A stretch of 64,000 nucleotides of DNA from positions 7,440,001-7,504,000 of the forward strand of contig NC_043000.1 of the NCBI RefSeq assembly GCF_006345805.1, written 5' to 3'. Below the pieces are notes generated by a model. That model was given only the letters and a program-made list of their open reading frames with translations, made no database searches and was not told where the DNA came from. Of this stretch, positions 23,238 through 36,115 are shown piece after piece (position 1 is the first letter of the stretch; each line of letters opens with the position of its first letter). The translations under genes and the position numbers were made by a program. Source of the stretch: Octopus sinensis (lineage: Eukaryota).

Positions 23238-24078
23238 CACTGTGGTATCTTGGGAAAGTGTCTTCTACTATAGCCTTGTGCAGACTGAAGCCTTGTGAGT
23301 GGATTTAATAGATGGAAACATATGTATATATGTGTGTGTGTCTGTGTTTGTCCCTCCATCACCACTTGACAACCAATATTGGTGTTTATTTCCCTGTAAC
23401 TTAGTAGTTTGGCAAAATAGATTGATAGAATAAGCACCAGGTTTAAAAAGATAAATACTTGGGTTGATTCATTTGACTGAAAATTCAAAGCATTGCCCCA
23501 GCATGGCTGCAGTCTAATGACTGAAATAGGAAAAAGATAAAAGATAGCCAAAAAGTACAGTGGATCTTCGGCTTACAAGTTTGATTTGTTCCTGAAAGCC
23601 ATTCGTCACCCAAAATGACCGTAAACTGAAAGTATTTTCTCCATAGGAAATTTAAGAGAAGGCATGGTGAATTCAAGCTGGGATGTGCAGTGAGTGAAAG
23701 CTAGACAGCAACTGATGCTCCTCTGCCAATACTCCCAGCTTGTCACCAGCCATTGTTGCCAATCACTGTTGCTGGCTTTCATGTTCATTACTTGAGACAC
23801 CATCGAGCACCTGAGATGTTTTATGCTTGAACAATTGTTTGCAAATTAATTTGTTCATGATGAGGTGTTTATAAGCCATGGTTCCACTGTATATTAAAAA
23901 AGTGTACACAGTGGCTGTGTGGTAAAGAAGTTTGCTTCCCAACCATATAGTTCTGGGTTCAGTCCCACTGCGTGGCACCTTGGGCAAGTGTCTTCTACAT
24001 TAGTCTTGGGCTGATCAAAGCCTTGCGAGTGGATTTGGTATATGGAAACTGAAAGAAAACTGTTATATATATACATAC

Positions 24079-24715
<637 letters not shown>

Positions 24716-24869
24716 GGGAGTATAACTCCAAACTTACAGGGAAAAATTCAATTTAGTATTAAATCAAATTTCACAATATAAATATATAATATATAAATTG
24801 TGTATCATTGTTTGAATTGCATAATAGTGGTTTTTCTCTAATTTATATATTATCATATATATATATATA

Positions 24870-25912
24870 CTAGCTGAATAGTCTGTCATTGCCAGGCAAT
24901 TTTTACAATAGAATGCCTTGTATAAATTTTCATTTATTCCATGTCAGAGAATACCTTCCCCGACAGGCCTGTTAATCAGGACAGATTTCTGAAATTTTTC
25001 ACTAAAAAACTTTGTTGAGGATTTTAATACTTTTCAAATTATGTACATATCTGTTCAACTTTTTGACATGACTTTATTCATTAAAACTTCAGAATTTCTT
25101 ACGACTTTGGTCGTTGCTTCCATTTGTTTAATAAAAATTCCTCCTCCTAATGATTTTGCTTTCATTTCATGATAGACAGCTATCATGCAGAAAATGCCAG
25201 CTTCCAAATCCTGTGTTCTGATTAGGTAAAATTGATTAAACTTTAAACCTTAGTAACATTTCTCTGCAACTTTTCTGGAACAGATAAATGACAAAATTGG
25301 ATTATTCATCAAAAACTATTACAATATACCAAATTTGGAAATTTTGATATAATTTTAAAATTTCACAATATGTGACAGCAACAGGGAAACCCCTACAAAA
25401 GTAGAGAGACAAACAGTTATAGGACGACACACACATTTACAAATGTACAAGTTTAAAATGGTGCATAGTAGACATGTATGTGTGTCTGTGAGCGTTTCTT
25501 TGTGATGGACAGTAGAAAAGCCACCTACCCCCTCTTTCCTTAAAGCTACATATTCATCACATCCCCCTTTCTGTGTGTGTGCCTGTGTGTATTTATGAAA
25601 GTATCTATGCAGCATCGCATGTATATGACAGCTGTAGTAACATTATCATCCCATTGTCACTGCTGTTCTCACCTTCACTGATATAAGTCACCTTCTCTCT
25701 ATTATTACTTTCCCTTCAGACTAATACTTTTTGCAACCTTCTCATTTTATCATATAATTCGCCCAACGCCCCTAGGGGGATACATTATAAATTTTTATTG
25801 AAATCTAATTAGCCTATTATTGAACTGGATGTTAGTGTAACATGTATGCAAAGTTTCATAAATATTGGTTCATTGGTAACAAAAAGACAGAAATTCCCAT
25901 TTATATATATAT
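24870..25912 (-). mobile_element. Non-autonomous Helitron-like element
   Basis: On the minus strand it ends ...ggcaatgacagactattcagCTAG|T (degenerate hairpin, CTAG 3' end, T target). The far end resembles an AT-rich Helitron 5' end. It contains a ~190-bp segment also present at 22040-22230. Confidence 0.5.
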
Positions 25913-27208
25913 GTGTTTGTGTGTATGTATGTGTGTGAGGTTTTGTGTCTGTGTTTGTGCCCCTACAATCGTTTGACAACCGTTGTTGGTGTGTTTACGT
26001 CCCTGTAAACTTAATGGTTCGGCAAAAGTGACCAATAGATTAAGTACTAGGCTTACAAAGAATAAGTCCTCAGGTCACTTTCTTCGACTAAAAAAAACAT
26101 TTGAGGTGGTGCTTCAGCATGGCCGAAACAATTGAAAAAATAAAAGAGTGGAAAATTCTAACTTGGATTATATGACCTATTCTTGTGAAGTAACTTCCAT
26201 CAAAATCGAGAAGATGGAGTCAAAGATAACAACGCAAATGTCAAGATTTATACAGGCGCAAGGAACTCACAAAGGAATAATTAGAAATGACCATTTTTGA
26301 TAGGGTTAACATGCAGTTTACAGTTGTAAGAAAGTGAAAGTAAATTGTCCTTAAAATTGAAAGTAAGTTGCAACGGAAGCCAAAAGTGACTTCAGTGACC
26401 TACCAAAATTTCCTACAACATATTTGATAGCCAATGGCTTCCTACGTGGGTCTCAGCAACTTCTATACTTATGAAGTTGTCAACTGTTCACTCAGACTAT
26501 AGAAGGGCGATGAAATTCTTGCAAATAAGAAACTTAGGCGACATTGTGGGACTAGTGATGATATATTTATACCATATATTCAAGGGTATGTGTGGCGAAA
26601 CACATTTAGAGATCATGAAAAACTATTCTCGAATTTCATTTCGTACATCAAAGACTAAAGTTTTCTCGTAAACGTGATTGGTTACATCTCATAAAATATG
26701 TTCATTCCATACATTAGTTATGTCACAAACTTTGTTTACATGAAATTATGGTATGTCACTATTATCACTTCTGGTTTCTATCGCAATTTACTTTCTTTTA
26801 GGACGATTTATTTCCACTTTCACAATGATAATCTGGATGTTAACATTTTTATAGGAAGATCTAAAGAAAACGAACATAGCGTATTGTTTCAAGTCAATAC
26901 TCAAGTGTTCTCCAAGGGTATATCAGAACGGATGCATGTTTCATGATGAAACCTTGAAAACGTGATATATCAGAGGAAACTGACAAAGACAAAACGAGAA
27001 AAGTATTTTTAATATTTATTTTTGCTAATCACCTGTTTTTCGTCATGTTTAATTATTTCCGTATCTGGTCGAATTTAATTTTACCTCGTTTGCTGTGTTC
27101 GCTGTTTCTTATGAATACAATGTTTAAGAGAAAGATGAGACGGAAAGGAGTGAGAGAAGAGAAAGAGAGGAAGGAGAGAGAACGAGAGAGCCAAATGAAA
27201 TAATGTCT

Positions 27209-27211
<3 letters not shown>

Positions 27212-27271
<60 letters not shown>
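27212..27271. repeat. (AG)n microsatellite
   Basis: About 30 AG units. Confidence 0.97.
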
Positions 27272-27273
<2 letters not shown>

Positions 27274-28882
27274 AAGATAATGTCTACTAGAAATAAGACA
27301 TATTTAGGAAATAAAAGATCCGGTGAAAGAAAAATGCAAAAACCGAAAAGAAAGTTCAATTGAAATGAGGCAGACGAGAAAATCTACATAGATAAGAGTA
27401 TGCTTGGTCAAACTAAACATTGATTTTTATATTTACCTAAGCTCGGTTTAATCAGTTTTTCTCTGGATATAGTCACACTTTAGTTGTGTGTTATTTTAAG
27501 GTGTAAAAAAAAAGGAAAAGTATAAATGCGAAATAAGTAAATGTGAAAAGCTGGGACAACAACAGATTGAGAAAGAAAAGAAGGTAATAGGAGGAAATAA
27601 TTAAGTTTCAAAACACACTGAGTGAGTTTAAGCGATAGAAAATAAAGTATACCTAAATGAAAACAGCACTGATAAATTAAATTTGAAGACTTGTTTCTAT
27701 TGATTGAACCTTATCCCCAACATGGCTTTCCAGTCACGAGGTTCCAGTTTCAATTCCATTGCGTAGTACCTTGGGCAAGTGTCTCGAAAGATATTTGTAT
27801 GAAATAAAATTAATGTTTGTTTCTCAACTACATGGCTTCGGGTTCAGTTACACTGCATGGTAGCTTGGGCAATTGTCTTCTACGATAGCTCGGGACAAAC
27901 AAGGCCTCATTGAAAAAAACCCATTTCCCTAAAAGTTATGAAGGAAAAACTTGGATCTTGTGAATTTTCCGAAGTCCTTTCCCCACCTTCCCGTTGCGTT
28001 GCGCGCATTTTTTTTCATACACATTGTTTCTTACACATTGTTTTACACCCATTCCAGTACCTTTGGGGGATTTTCATTGTGTAAACATTAACCAATACTT
28101 TTATTTAAATATGTCCACTGATAAACTAATCTTACCAACGTAGATACATTCATAGTTATATAGTCTTGAAATATTGTCATCACAATTTTATAAAGTTATT
28201 TTTGTGATAACATCTGTATTTCTTTCATACAAAACATATCATTGATATGCTTACTGTTCTTTTTTATGAAAAACACAATTATTTTGTGAGAATAATTGAC
28301 TATAATTTCTATCCTGTATGAATGAATTTGTGTCGTGATAACATGTAGTCAGAAAAGTTCTGTCAACTTAATTTCACACCAGGTTTGGGTCAACCTAAGG
28401 AGTAAATAAAGAACAATTGTCCAAGATGCAACAGTGACGGAACGGTGTATAGCAAGGGTACTGTGTTCTCCCTTTCTTCAACTAAGGAAGGGGGGGTCTC
28501 ACAGCTATCTAATTCTCTCTCTCCATACTATCCCCAGCCTCAAGACCTTAGTGTATTCCTTCATAGTTATTAAAAATCTGTTTCCATCAATGACTATGGT
28601 ATCGAACACAGGATGTCATGATTGTAACCATATGATCATGTACGTACATGTGTGCAGGCATTGTTTCGTTCTCGATGGGCTGATAGACAACTCAATGAAG
28701 GCATTGTTATTGTTTTACGTGTTTATTTACCTTTTCTTATTACACGAACTGTCAACATTCAGCATAGTAATACATATATACTTTAGACACAGTGCGTACT
28801 GTTTACTATCAAAATAGTGCCAAAAGTGGGGATGTATTCTACACATATATACCCACGTATACACATAGATATGAATGTGTAA

Positions 28883-29025
28883 CAGTGACGTAGCTAATAG
28901 TGGAATAACCGCTCCTCACGAGCACATTTTTCAAAACTGACGCATTTTATAAAATGTATAATCAATGAATTAAAAATTGCTTTGTATGTGCGCGCTCCCT
29001 ACTTTACAACTTGGCTACGTCCCTG
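28883..29025. mobile_element. hAT-like MITE (143 bp)
   Basis: Termini cagtgacgtagct and ggctacgtccctg form a 13-bp TIR with 2 mismatches. No clear 8-bp TSD remains. Confidence 0.55.
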
Positions 29026-29200
29026 CAATGGGTGTGTGTATGTATATATACATAGACATGCAGGAAGTAAATAGACACTTTTAATTTTCAAAATTTCTGA
29101 TCTAAGCGTCCTAATATGCTTTCAGTGGGGTAGAATTTACAATGTAATTATTCTTTTTCAGTCCAGGTGCCATTATATTAAACATTTGCGAAGAGTAACC

Positions 29201-29566
29201 ATGTCACGCACAAAAAATTCAGCAGAACTGTCAAATTTTCAAAGAGGTCGTACTGTTGGGCAATCTGAGGCTGGTCTTAGCCAGCGAAAAATTGCCGAAA
29301 ATCTTCAAATTCCTCTTGCTACTGTTAATAGAATTATAGCGCAATTCAAAAGCCAAGGAAAAAATCAACAGATTCTCGTCCCGGCCGACCTGGGCCCTCG
29401 GAAAGGAAGCTTCGCTGTTTGAAGAGAATTGTGGAAAACGAATCCCGTTCGAAGGCTTCTGATATTGCAAAACAGCTAGAAGTTAGTCCAAGAACGTGTG
29501 TTACATATCTGCATGAGCTTGGGTATTATGGACGAGCCGCTAGAAGAAAACCTCTCCTTCAACCTG
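29201..29566 (+). pseudogene. Tc1/mariner transposase N-terminal DNA-binding region, frameshifted and truncated before the DDE domain
   Basis: MSRTKNSAELSNFQRGRTVGQSEAGLSQRKIAENLQIPLATVNRIIAQFK, a frameshift, then SRPGRPGPSERKLRCLKRIVEN...VSPRTCVTYLHELGYYGRAARRKPLL. This is a paired-like HTH, GRP linker, second HTH and the RRKPLL motif. Confidence 0.9.
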
Positions 29567-30549
29567 TAGCAATATTGTTTTCTTCATTGTTATCTTCACC
29601 GTTTGAGAAAAATATTAAGAATGATCTCGTTTGAGATTACAAACATTTTGGCTAGTTTAACGTTGTTGTGTCCACTATTTTGATTGGGTGGCATCTAAGC
29701 GCGGTCTGTCTCTCTACTTATTTCGCGCCACTGGCCAAAGCCAACCAATCACGGCCTTTGGTTAAGATTCCATTTCTGAGACTCGTTTGAGCCACCCAAC
29801 CGGTATATAAAGGAGTGTTTTCAGACACTTTTGGTCTTTGGTTCCAGTTCTTCTAAGAACTAACTTTAGACCACAGCGCTACTCAACCAAGCGATATACG
29901 ATTGTTCCTGCTACTACTACCTATTGATGCACGTGGTTCTACTTTTAACGAATTATTACAAGCCATAAATACATGCAGCAACAATAGAGCATAAGTGAAT
30001 TGACGACAAGTCTTGCTGTTGAGATATAAATATTGTTTATTTTACAATCGTGTCAACGTTAGGAGTTTGTAAGCGTTCGCATGTCTTGTGTCTGTGTGTT
30101 CGTGTGTGTGGCAGGACAATCAGGGTGAATGCGGCTGGCATAGAAGGTACATGATGGTGGCGACGGGGAAGATAGTCGGCTTTCTATGATTGTGTACATT
30201 AGCGTAGCCGGTAGTAGCCGGAACAATCGTATATCGCTTGGTTGAGTAACGCTGTGGCCTAAAGTTAGTTCTTAGAAGAACTTGAACTAAAAGACGAAAA
30301 GTGTCTGAAAACACTCCTTTATATACCGGTTGGTTGGCTCAAACGAGCCTCAAAAACGGAATCTTAACCAAAGGCCGTAATTGGTTATTTCGGGACAGTG
30401 GCGCGAAATAAGTAGAGACAAATCGCGTCACGTGTCAACCAATCAGTTTAGTGTTTACAACAGGAACTAGTTGGCCAAAGATGGCTGTAACCTCAAACGA
30501 GATCATTTCTTGCCTTGCCTTTCAACAGTGACGATATTAGAAATCGCTA
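29567..30549. mobile_element. Non-autonomous DNA element with ~300-bp terminal inverted repeats (foldback/Mutator-like)
   Basis: About 29620-29920 is the reverse complement of about 30204-30507 at roughly 85% identity by eye. Weaker similarity extends to tagc (29567) and gcta (30549). No ORF. Confidence 0.75.
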
Positions 30550-32380
30550 TAGTCATATTTCAAAATGGCTGAAAATGCCATGCTACAATGGCTTTCCGAA
30601 GAACAATTTTGTTTCGATGCGAAAGACTTACAAGTTTCGGTGTTAATTTAAGAAGCAAAGTAAACTTTACAAAGTTTCATACATAATTTTATGTTATTAA
30701 GATAGCTTTTTACTTTTTCATTTGATATGGACACATCCTGACAAAATATGTTTTTAGTGCGTAGATTGTTACATAACATAATTCTAGTGGTTAGAATTAT
30801 GAATTTCCTTTTCAAAGTAAATCTTTAACGCTAAATACAAAACGAAACAAACTTTTACATAATGTCGAAAGTGAAATAATTTAGTTATTAGTCTTGTTCT
30901 ATGTATTTTCGTTGTTATCTACTCGTTAACAATAGCCATCTGTCGCTCTTAAGATGCACTAACAAAGCAACTGATTATCGTCTTTCTATCTTGATAATCA
31001 ATAAACCTCCACCTTTTAATCAATGACTTGGCAATCCGGTTGGCGGCAACAGCTTGTCCAAATATGACTGAATGTGGTGTGTGCATGCCAATTCGTCTCT
31101 CATCTGAAAGATACGTGTAAAAGATTACTATTTTCAGACTGACTTTTTCTTGTTTCCTGGAGCTTTTACACCTCTGTAATGTCGTCTTTCAAATTTTTAC
31201 AACTTTTGTTTTATTCCTGTTGTTTCATTATATTGGCCAACGCAACTGTGATTGAAGTTAACTCGTATAATTTCAACCAGGTAAACTATTTTATTTTTTC
31301 CTTTTTCTGTCGGTGTCTTAATTACGCAACGACTTGCTTAATCACAAAGGATTTTTAAGACGAGTTTCTTTAATTTAAGCCAGTCTTTTCAAACGACATG
31401 TTTTTTGACTCCAATTAGTAAGTCCTAAATTAGTTTAGTTTTATTTTTAGCAACTTTCAGAAAAAGGACATTCTAACTTTATTTGCTATGCTGTTTTCTT
31501 CCCTTTTTCGTTTTCACTTTCGTCACCCTGGATTTAATTTTTGTCAAACCATGAAAAACGTGTTGCTACTTAGTTGCGCATGCAAAGAAGTTAATTGGAT
31601 TCTAAACGACGCTATTTAACGAATGGAAATTACCAAAATCTTTAATATCTTGATATTTTCCTTTCGAATTGAAAGTTTCTATAAAGCCAGTTTGATTTTC
31701 TTAATAGACAAATGATTTTGATGAAAACTTTAGTCTTTTTTTAAAATTTTTCTTTCGTGGCACAGCCAATGAGGTGTGGGGGAAGGCCTCCATGCCGTTA
31801 CGCGACTTACTAGAAATAAAAGCCAATCTTCCATCTAACCACACTGTGAACTGAAAGGGTACACCGAATAATGTGATTGTGAATTTGAAGAAGGGAGACG
31901 TGGCAGAATTTCGAAATAGTTATCCCACGAAGAAGTGGATAAAAAACCCAACCCAATTCCTTGTCCGTTTCCTTCCCCCATGTAGAAATTCCACCGAAGG
32001 CATGATAGTCACAGTTGGTCAGCATTGGCAGTATAAAAAATGGGTAAATTTTGCTAAGTATACCTGCACGTGGGCATAATGATATAGACCAAATGATTTA
32101 TTACGAAAAGTCCGAGCGGTTGTTTATGCAAGACGTTTTGTTATGAAATAAAAATGGGCGTAACTTCGGTGCAAGTACCGGATACATTTCAAGAAAGTGT
32201 TTTTCGTCAATAATGTCATACAATCCCCAAATAATTTGAATGCGTTATTTTCATGGCTTCTGTTTCAGAACCGTTCTTGGAAATAGAGCCACTTCAGTTT
32301 TAATGCATGGGTACAATGAACAGTTGTCTAGGGTCCTCACCGGTTTAGGGTCCAATCCTGATTTATGTATGCTGTGGTTT

Positions 32381-32612
32381 GGCGAGCTGGCAGAAACGTT
32401 AGCACGCCGGGCGAAATGCTTAGCAGTATTTTGTCTGTCTTTACGTTCTGAGTTCAAATTCCGCCGAGGTCGACTTTGCCTTTCATCCTTTCGGGGTTGA
32501 TAAATTAAGTACCAGTTACGCACTGGGGTCAATGTAATCGACTTAATCCGTTTGTCTGTCCTTGTTTGTCCTCTCTGTGTTTAGCCCCTTGTGGGTAGTA
32601 AAGAAATAGGTT
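32381..32612 (+). mobile_element. Full-length SINE family A
   Basis: ggcgagctggcagaaacgttagcacg (A box), gagttcaaattcc (B box), conserved core, tail agtaaagaaataggt. Confidence 0.92.
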
Positions 32613-33411
32613 TACTGTCAGTAGAAAAATACTCCAGGGCTTCGTGCATTGGTTTTTCCCGGGGAGGGGGCGTCATGCTGCTAAGAACATCTGATGTTCT
32701 TCCACTCATGGTGTGATGTTTATCTCTCACTTTGCTCTACGTGGCTTCTATTTATTTGTGTGGATCGGTGCTTCGTTGGAATTCACAAAGTGAATTCTGA
32801 ATAAATACCACTTATAAATCTTTTATTTATGGAGTTGCTGAATAGCATGAAATATTCCGTTTCACTTTGTGATCCTTATACTGAAAGTTTTCCTTTATCA
32901 TTTATATGCAGGGTCCAGGTATCCTGTTCTTTATGGCCTGAAATAAACAATTTTTCAAGACAAGAAATAAGCTGTTCGATTCATTTTGGTTTTTGCTCAA
33001 GCAAATATATTCAACATTTAGAACAGTTTATAATATGAATTATTGTTAAGCAGTTAGGGTTCAGGGCTGGATGTAATGGGAGAGGTTGGTCATGAATGGA
33101 AACACGTATGTGTTTGGCTTATTTTTAGCACATGAGTAAAAACCTAAATAAACTGGATTTTTCTTTTAATTTTTTACTTGTTTGTCATTTGACTGGAGCA
33201 CCGCCTTGAAGGGTTTTAGTCGAACGAATAAACCCTAGGACTTATTTCTTAAGCCTAGTACTTACTCTATCAGTCTCTTTTGCCGAACTGCTAAGTTACG
33301 AGGATGTAAACACACCAACACCGGTTGTCAAGCGGTGATGGGGTGGGGGTAACAAACAGACACAAAAACACAGATGTAGACATACACACATACACACACA
33401 CACACACACAC

Positions 33412-33625
33412 AATAATAATGAAATTATTGTATACAGTGCTCAGGTGCACCACAACTTGTCAGAAAGTGTGTATAAAGTATATGCAGTAATGTACAAATG
33501 ACTGGAAAGTGAATAGTGTATGAGTCAGATACATGCTTGCGTGTGTATGGAGGGGAGAAAATCAGGTGTAGTGTCCGCGAATCTCAGGAAGCATGGAAGT
33601 TTTGAAGGATGCAGTGCTCCGACAT
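33412..33625 (-). mobile_element. 3' end of a CR1/L2-type LINE with an (ATT)n tail
   Basis: The minus strand reads ...gcatccttcaaaacttcc...gtggtgcacctgagcactgtatacaataatttcattattatt. Confidence 0.5.
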
Positions 33626-34110
33626 GATGAATTTCTTTCAGTTTCTGTCTACCAGATCCACCCACAAGGCTTTGATCTGCTTGAGGCTATTGTAGAAAGC
33701 ATTTGCCCAAGGTGCCATGCAATGAGACTGAACCTGGAACCATGTGGTTGGAAGCAAGCTTCTTTCCACACAGCCACGCCTGCGCCTTTTGTTTTGGAAT
33801 ATTTCTATTTCAGACTGTGAGGTATGGGTTCCCCCTTCCCAGGCTCCTTCTCCAGTTATTTTCTATAACTTCCTTCAGCCATTCCTCTCTAATTACTAAC
33901 TGAAAAAAATACAATCGAAACATTCTAATTAACTTGCAAACAAAAAATAAAAAAAAAATATGATCAAGTATAGATGCAGGTGTGGCTGTGTGGTAAGAAG
34001 CTTGCTTCCCAACCACAAGCTTCCAGGTTCAGTCCTACTACGTGGCACCTTGGCCTACTGTAGCCTCATGCAGACCAAAGCCTTGTGAGTGGATTTGGTT
34101 GATGGAAATG

Positions 34111-34556
34111 TTTACATGCTACCAAGGTGGCACTGGCATCGACCACACTCGAATGGTACTTTTTACATGCCACCAGCATGGGTGCCAGTCACATGGCACT
34201 GGCACTGGCCATGCTTGAATTTTGCTGTTTCTGTTCCACTGGCACGGGTGCCGGTCAGGTGGCACTAGCATTGACCATGCTCGAATGGTACTTTTTACGT
34301 TCCACCAGCATGGGAGCCAGTGTGACAGCATTTGCATCGACCACACTCGAATGGTACTTTTTACATGCCACCAGCATGGGTGCCTCTCAGGCGGCACTGG
34401 CACTGGCCATGCTCAAATTGTGCTTTTTCTGTGCCACTGGCTTGGGTGCCAGTCAGGTGGCACTGGCATCAGCCACGACTATGTTTTCACTTGACTCAAC
34501 ATGTCTTCTCAAGCACAGCATATTGCCTGATGATTGAAGGGTACTTTTAAATGGGC
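34111..34556 (-). mobile_element. RTE 3'UTR fragment with a ~70-bp VNTR containing the gtaaaaag core
   Basis: Repeated gaatggtactttttacatgccaccagcatggg units, followed by the ttgactcaac...tctcaagcacagc segment shared with 16290-16330. Confidence 0.75.
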
Positions 34557-34780
34557 CACATATATGTACACATACATACATTGGGCTTCTTTCAATTTCC
34601 GTCTACTAAATCTAGTCACAAGGCTTTGGTTGACTTGAAGCTATAGCAGAAGACATTCGAACAAGGTGCTACACAATAAAACGGAACTCAAAATCACATG
34701 CTTAGGAAATGAACTTCTTAACCACAGCAATATCTGCATCTTAAATACATACAGACATATATACAAACATACATTACACG

Positions 34781-34786
34781 CACACA

Positions 34787-34845
<59 letters not shown>
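34781..34845. repeat. (CA)n microsatellite
   Basis: About 30 CA units with one interruption. Confidence 0.95.
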
Positions 34846-34847
<2 letters not shown>

Positions 34848-35719
34848 AATCTATTATTCTATTATTTTTACTTGGTTCAGATGTTAATTGTGATTCTCTC
34901 TTCTCTCGTAATTTATCTTGCAGACTGTTTCAAAGATGTATTTTTCCATACTGTTTGTAGCAACAAATGGTAAGTTGAGAAAACCTCATTAATTCATTTT
35001 CTTAATTAACCAATTATACACAAAATTGTTGAAATATTTATTGGTGCATGATGCAGCCTGCAGCTCACTGGATCCTGTTAAGCCATCCATCAGCATGGAA
35101 AATGGACATTAAATGATGATGTGATGATGATGATGATTGCCAATAAAAGATGGCTGAATGATTATGTTAAGTTGTTATTTAGCCCCATTTTACTCTTGAT
35201 CAAAGACGTTCCAGTCATGGCCACTTCAACTTTTCCAGACATTGACTACATTATCCTCTGTCCATTTTTAAAATTGTAGGGTATGGTATGAGAAAGTTTT
35301 GGCTGCTATTTCTAGTAGAAAAAGCAGCTACATACAGACTTCTTTGGTGGTTTATGATTATTGAGGTATAGAAGTTATTGATGTAGGATGTTCTGAAGTC
35401 TTGGTGTTTTGATGGAGCAAGGGTCAATTTTCAAAAGAGAACATTTCACAAATTCAACAGTCAATCAATCAATTGATATTTTATCTTCATTGTTGTGTAG
35501 TCTGAGGTCAAACTCGATTATGAGAGTCTTATTATCAAAGATATTCCAGCTGTGACCAGTAAATTTCTTCTTCTGTCATAGTGTATCTAGGGCTACATTA
35601 TCGAATGTGTCTTTTGCTTCTTAAAACAGTGTGGTGTGTGACTTGAAGGAGATATTGGTTCTTATTTCAATCAGGGCAGGCAAGCAGCTACATTGATTTT
35701 TCCTCAACTTGACTAATTA

Positions 35720-36115
35720 CTCTTACTCTTTTACTTGTTTCAGTCATTTGACTGCGGCCATGCTGGAGCACCGCCTTTAGTCGAGCAAATCGACCCTGGG
35801 ACTTATTCTTTGTAAGCCTAGTACTTATTCTATCGGTCTGTTTTGCCGAACCGCTAAGTTACGGGGGACATAAACACACCAGCATCGGTTGTCAAGCAAT
35901 GCTAGGGGGACAAACACAGACACCCGAGCACACACACATATATATATATACATATATACGACGGGCTTCTTTCAGTTTCCGTCTACCAAATCCACTCACA
36001 AGGCTTTGGTCAGCCTGAGGCTATAGTAGAAGACACTTGCCCAAGGTGCCACGTAGTAGGACTGAACCCTGAACCATGTGGTTGGTAAGCAAGCTACTTA
36101 CCACACAGCCACTCC
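35720..36115 (-). mobile_element. Full-length SINE family B (about 20 further full or partial copies across 18-63 kb)
   Basis: On the minus strand: ggagtggctgtgtggtaagtagcttgc head, internal (TA/TG)n, tail ggcggtgctccagcatggccgcagtcaaatgactgaaacaagtaaaagagtaagag. Similar copies lie near 18375, 23910, 33170, 43130, 55855, 59086, 60160, 61625, 62180 and 62790. Confidence 0.92.

Noticed and set aside
26150-32230. CpG-richer stretch as horizontally acquired or contaminant DNA
   Set aside because: No sizeable ORFs or prokaryotic gene organisation. The recognisable parts are DNA-transposon remnants and host SINE fragments.
32381-32470. tRNA genes at SINE heads (also 35720-36115 and 61833)
   Set aside because: A/B boxes are present but there is no complete cloverleaf, and each head continues into a multi-copy SINE body.
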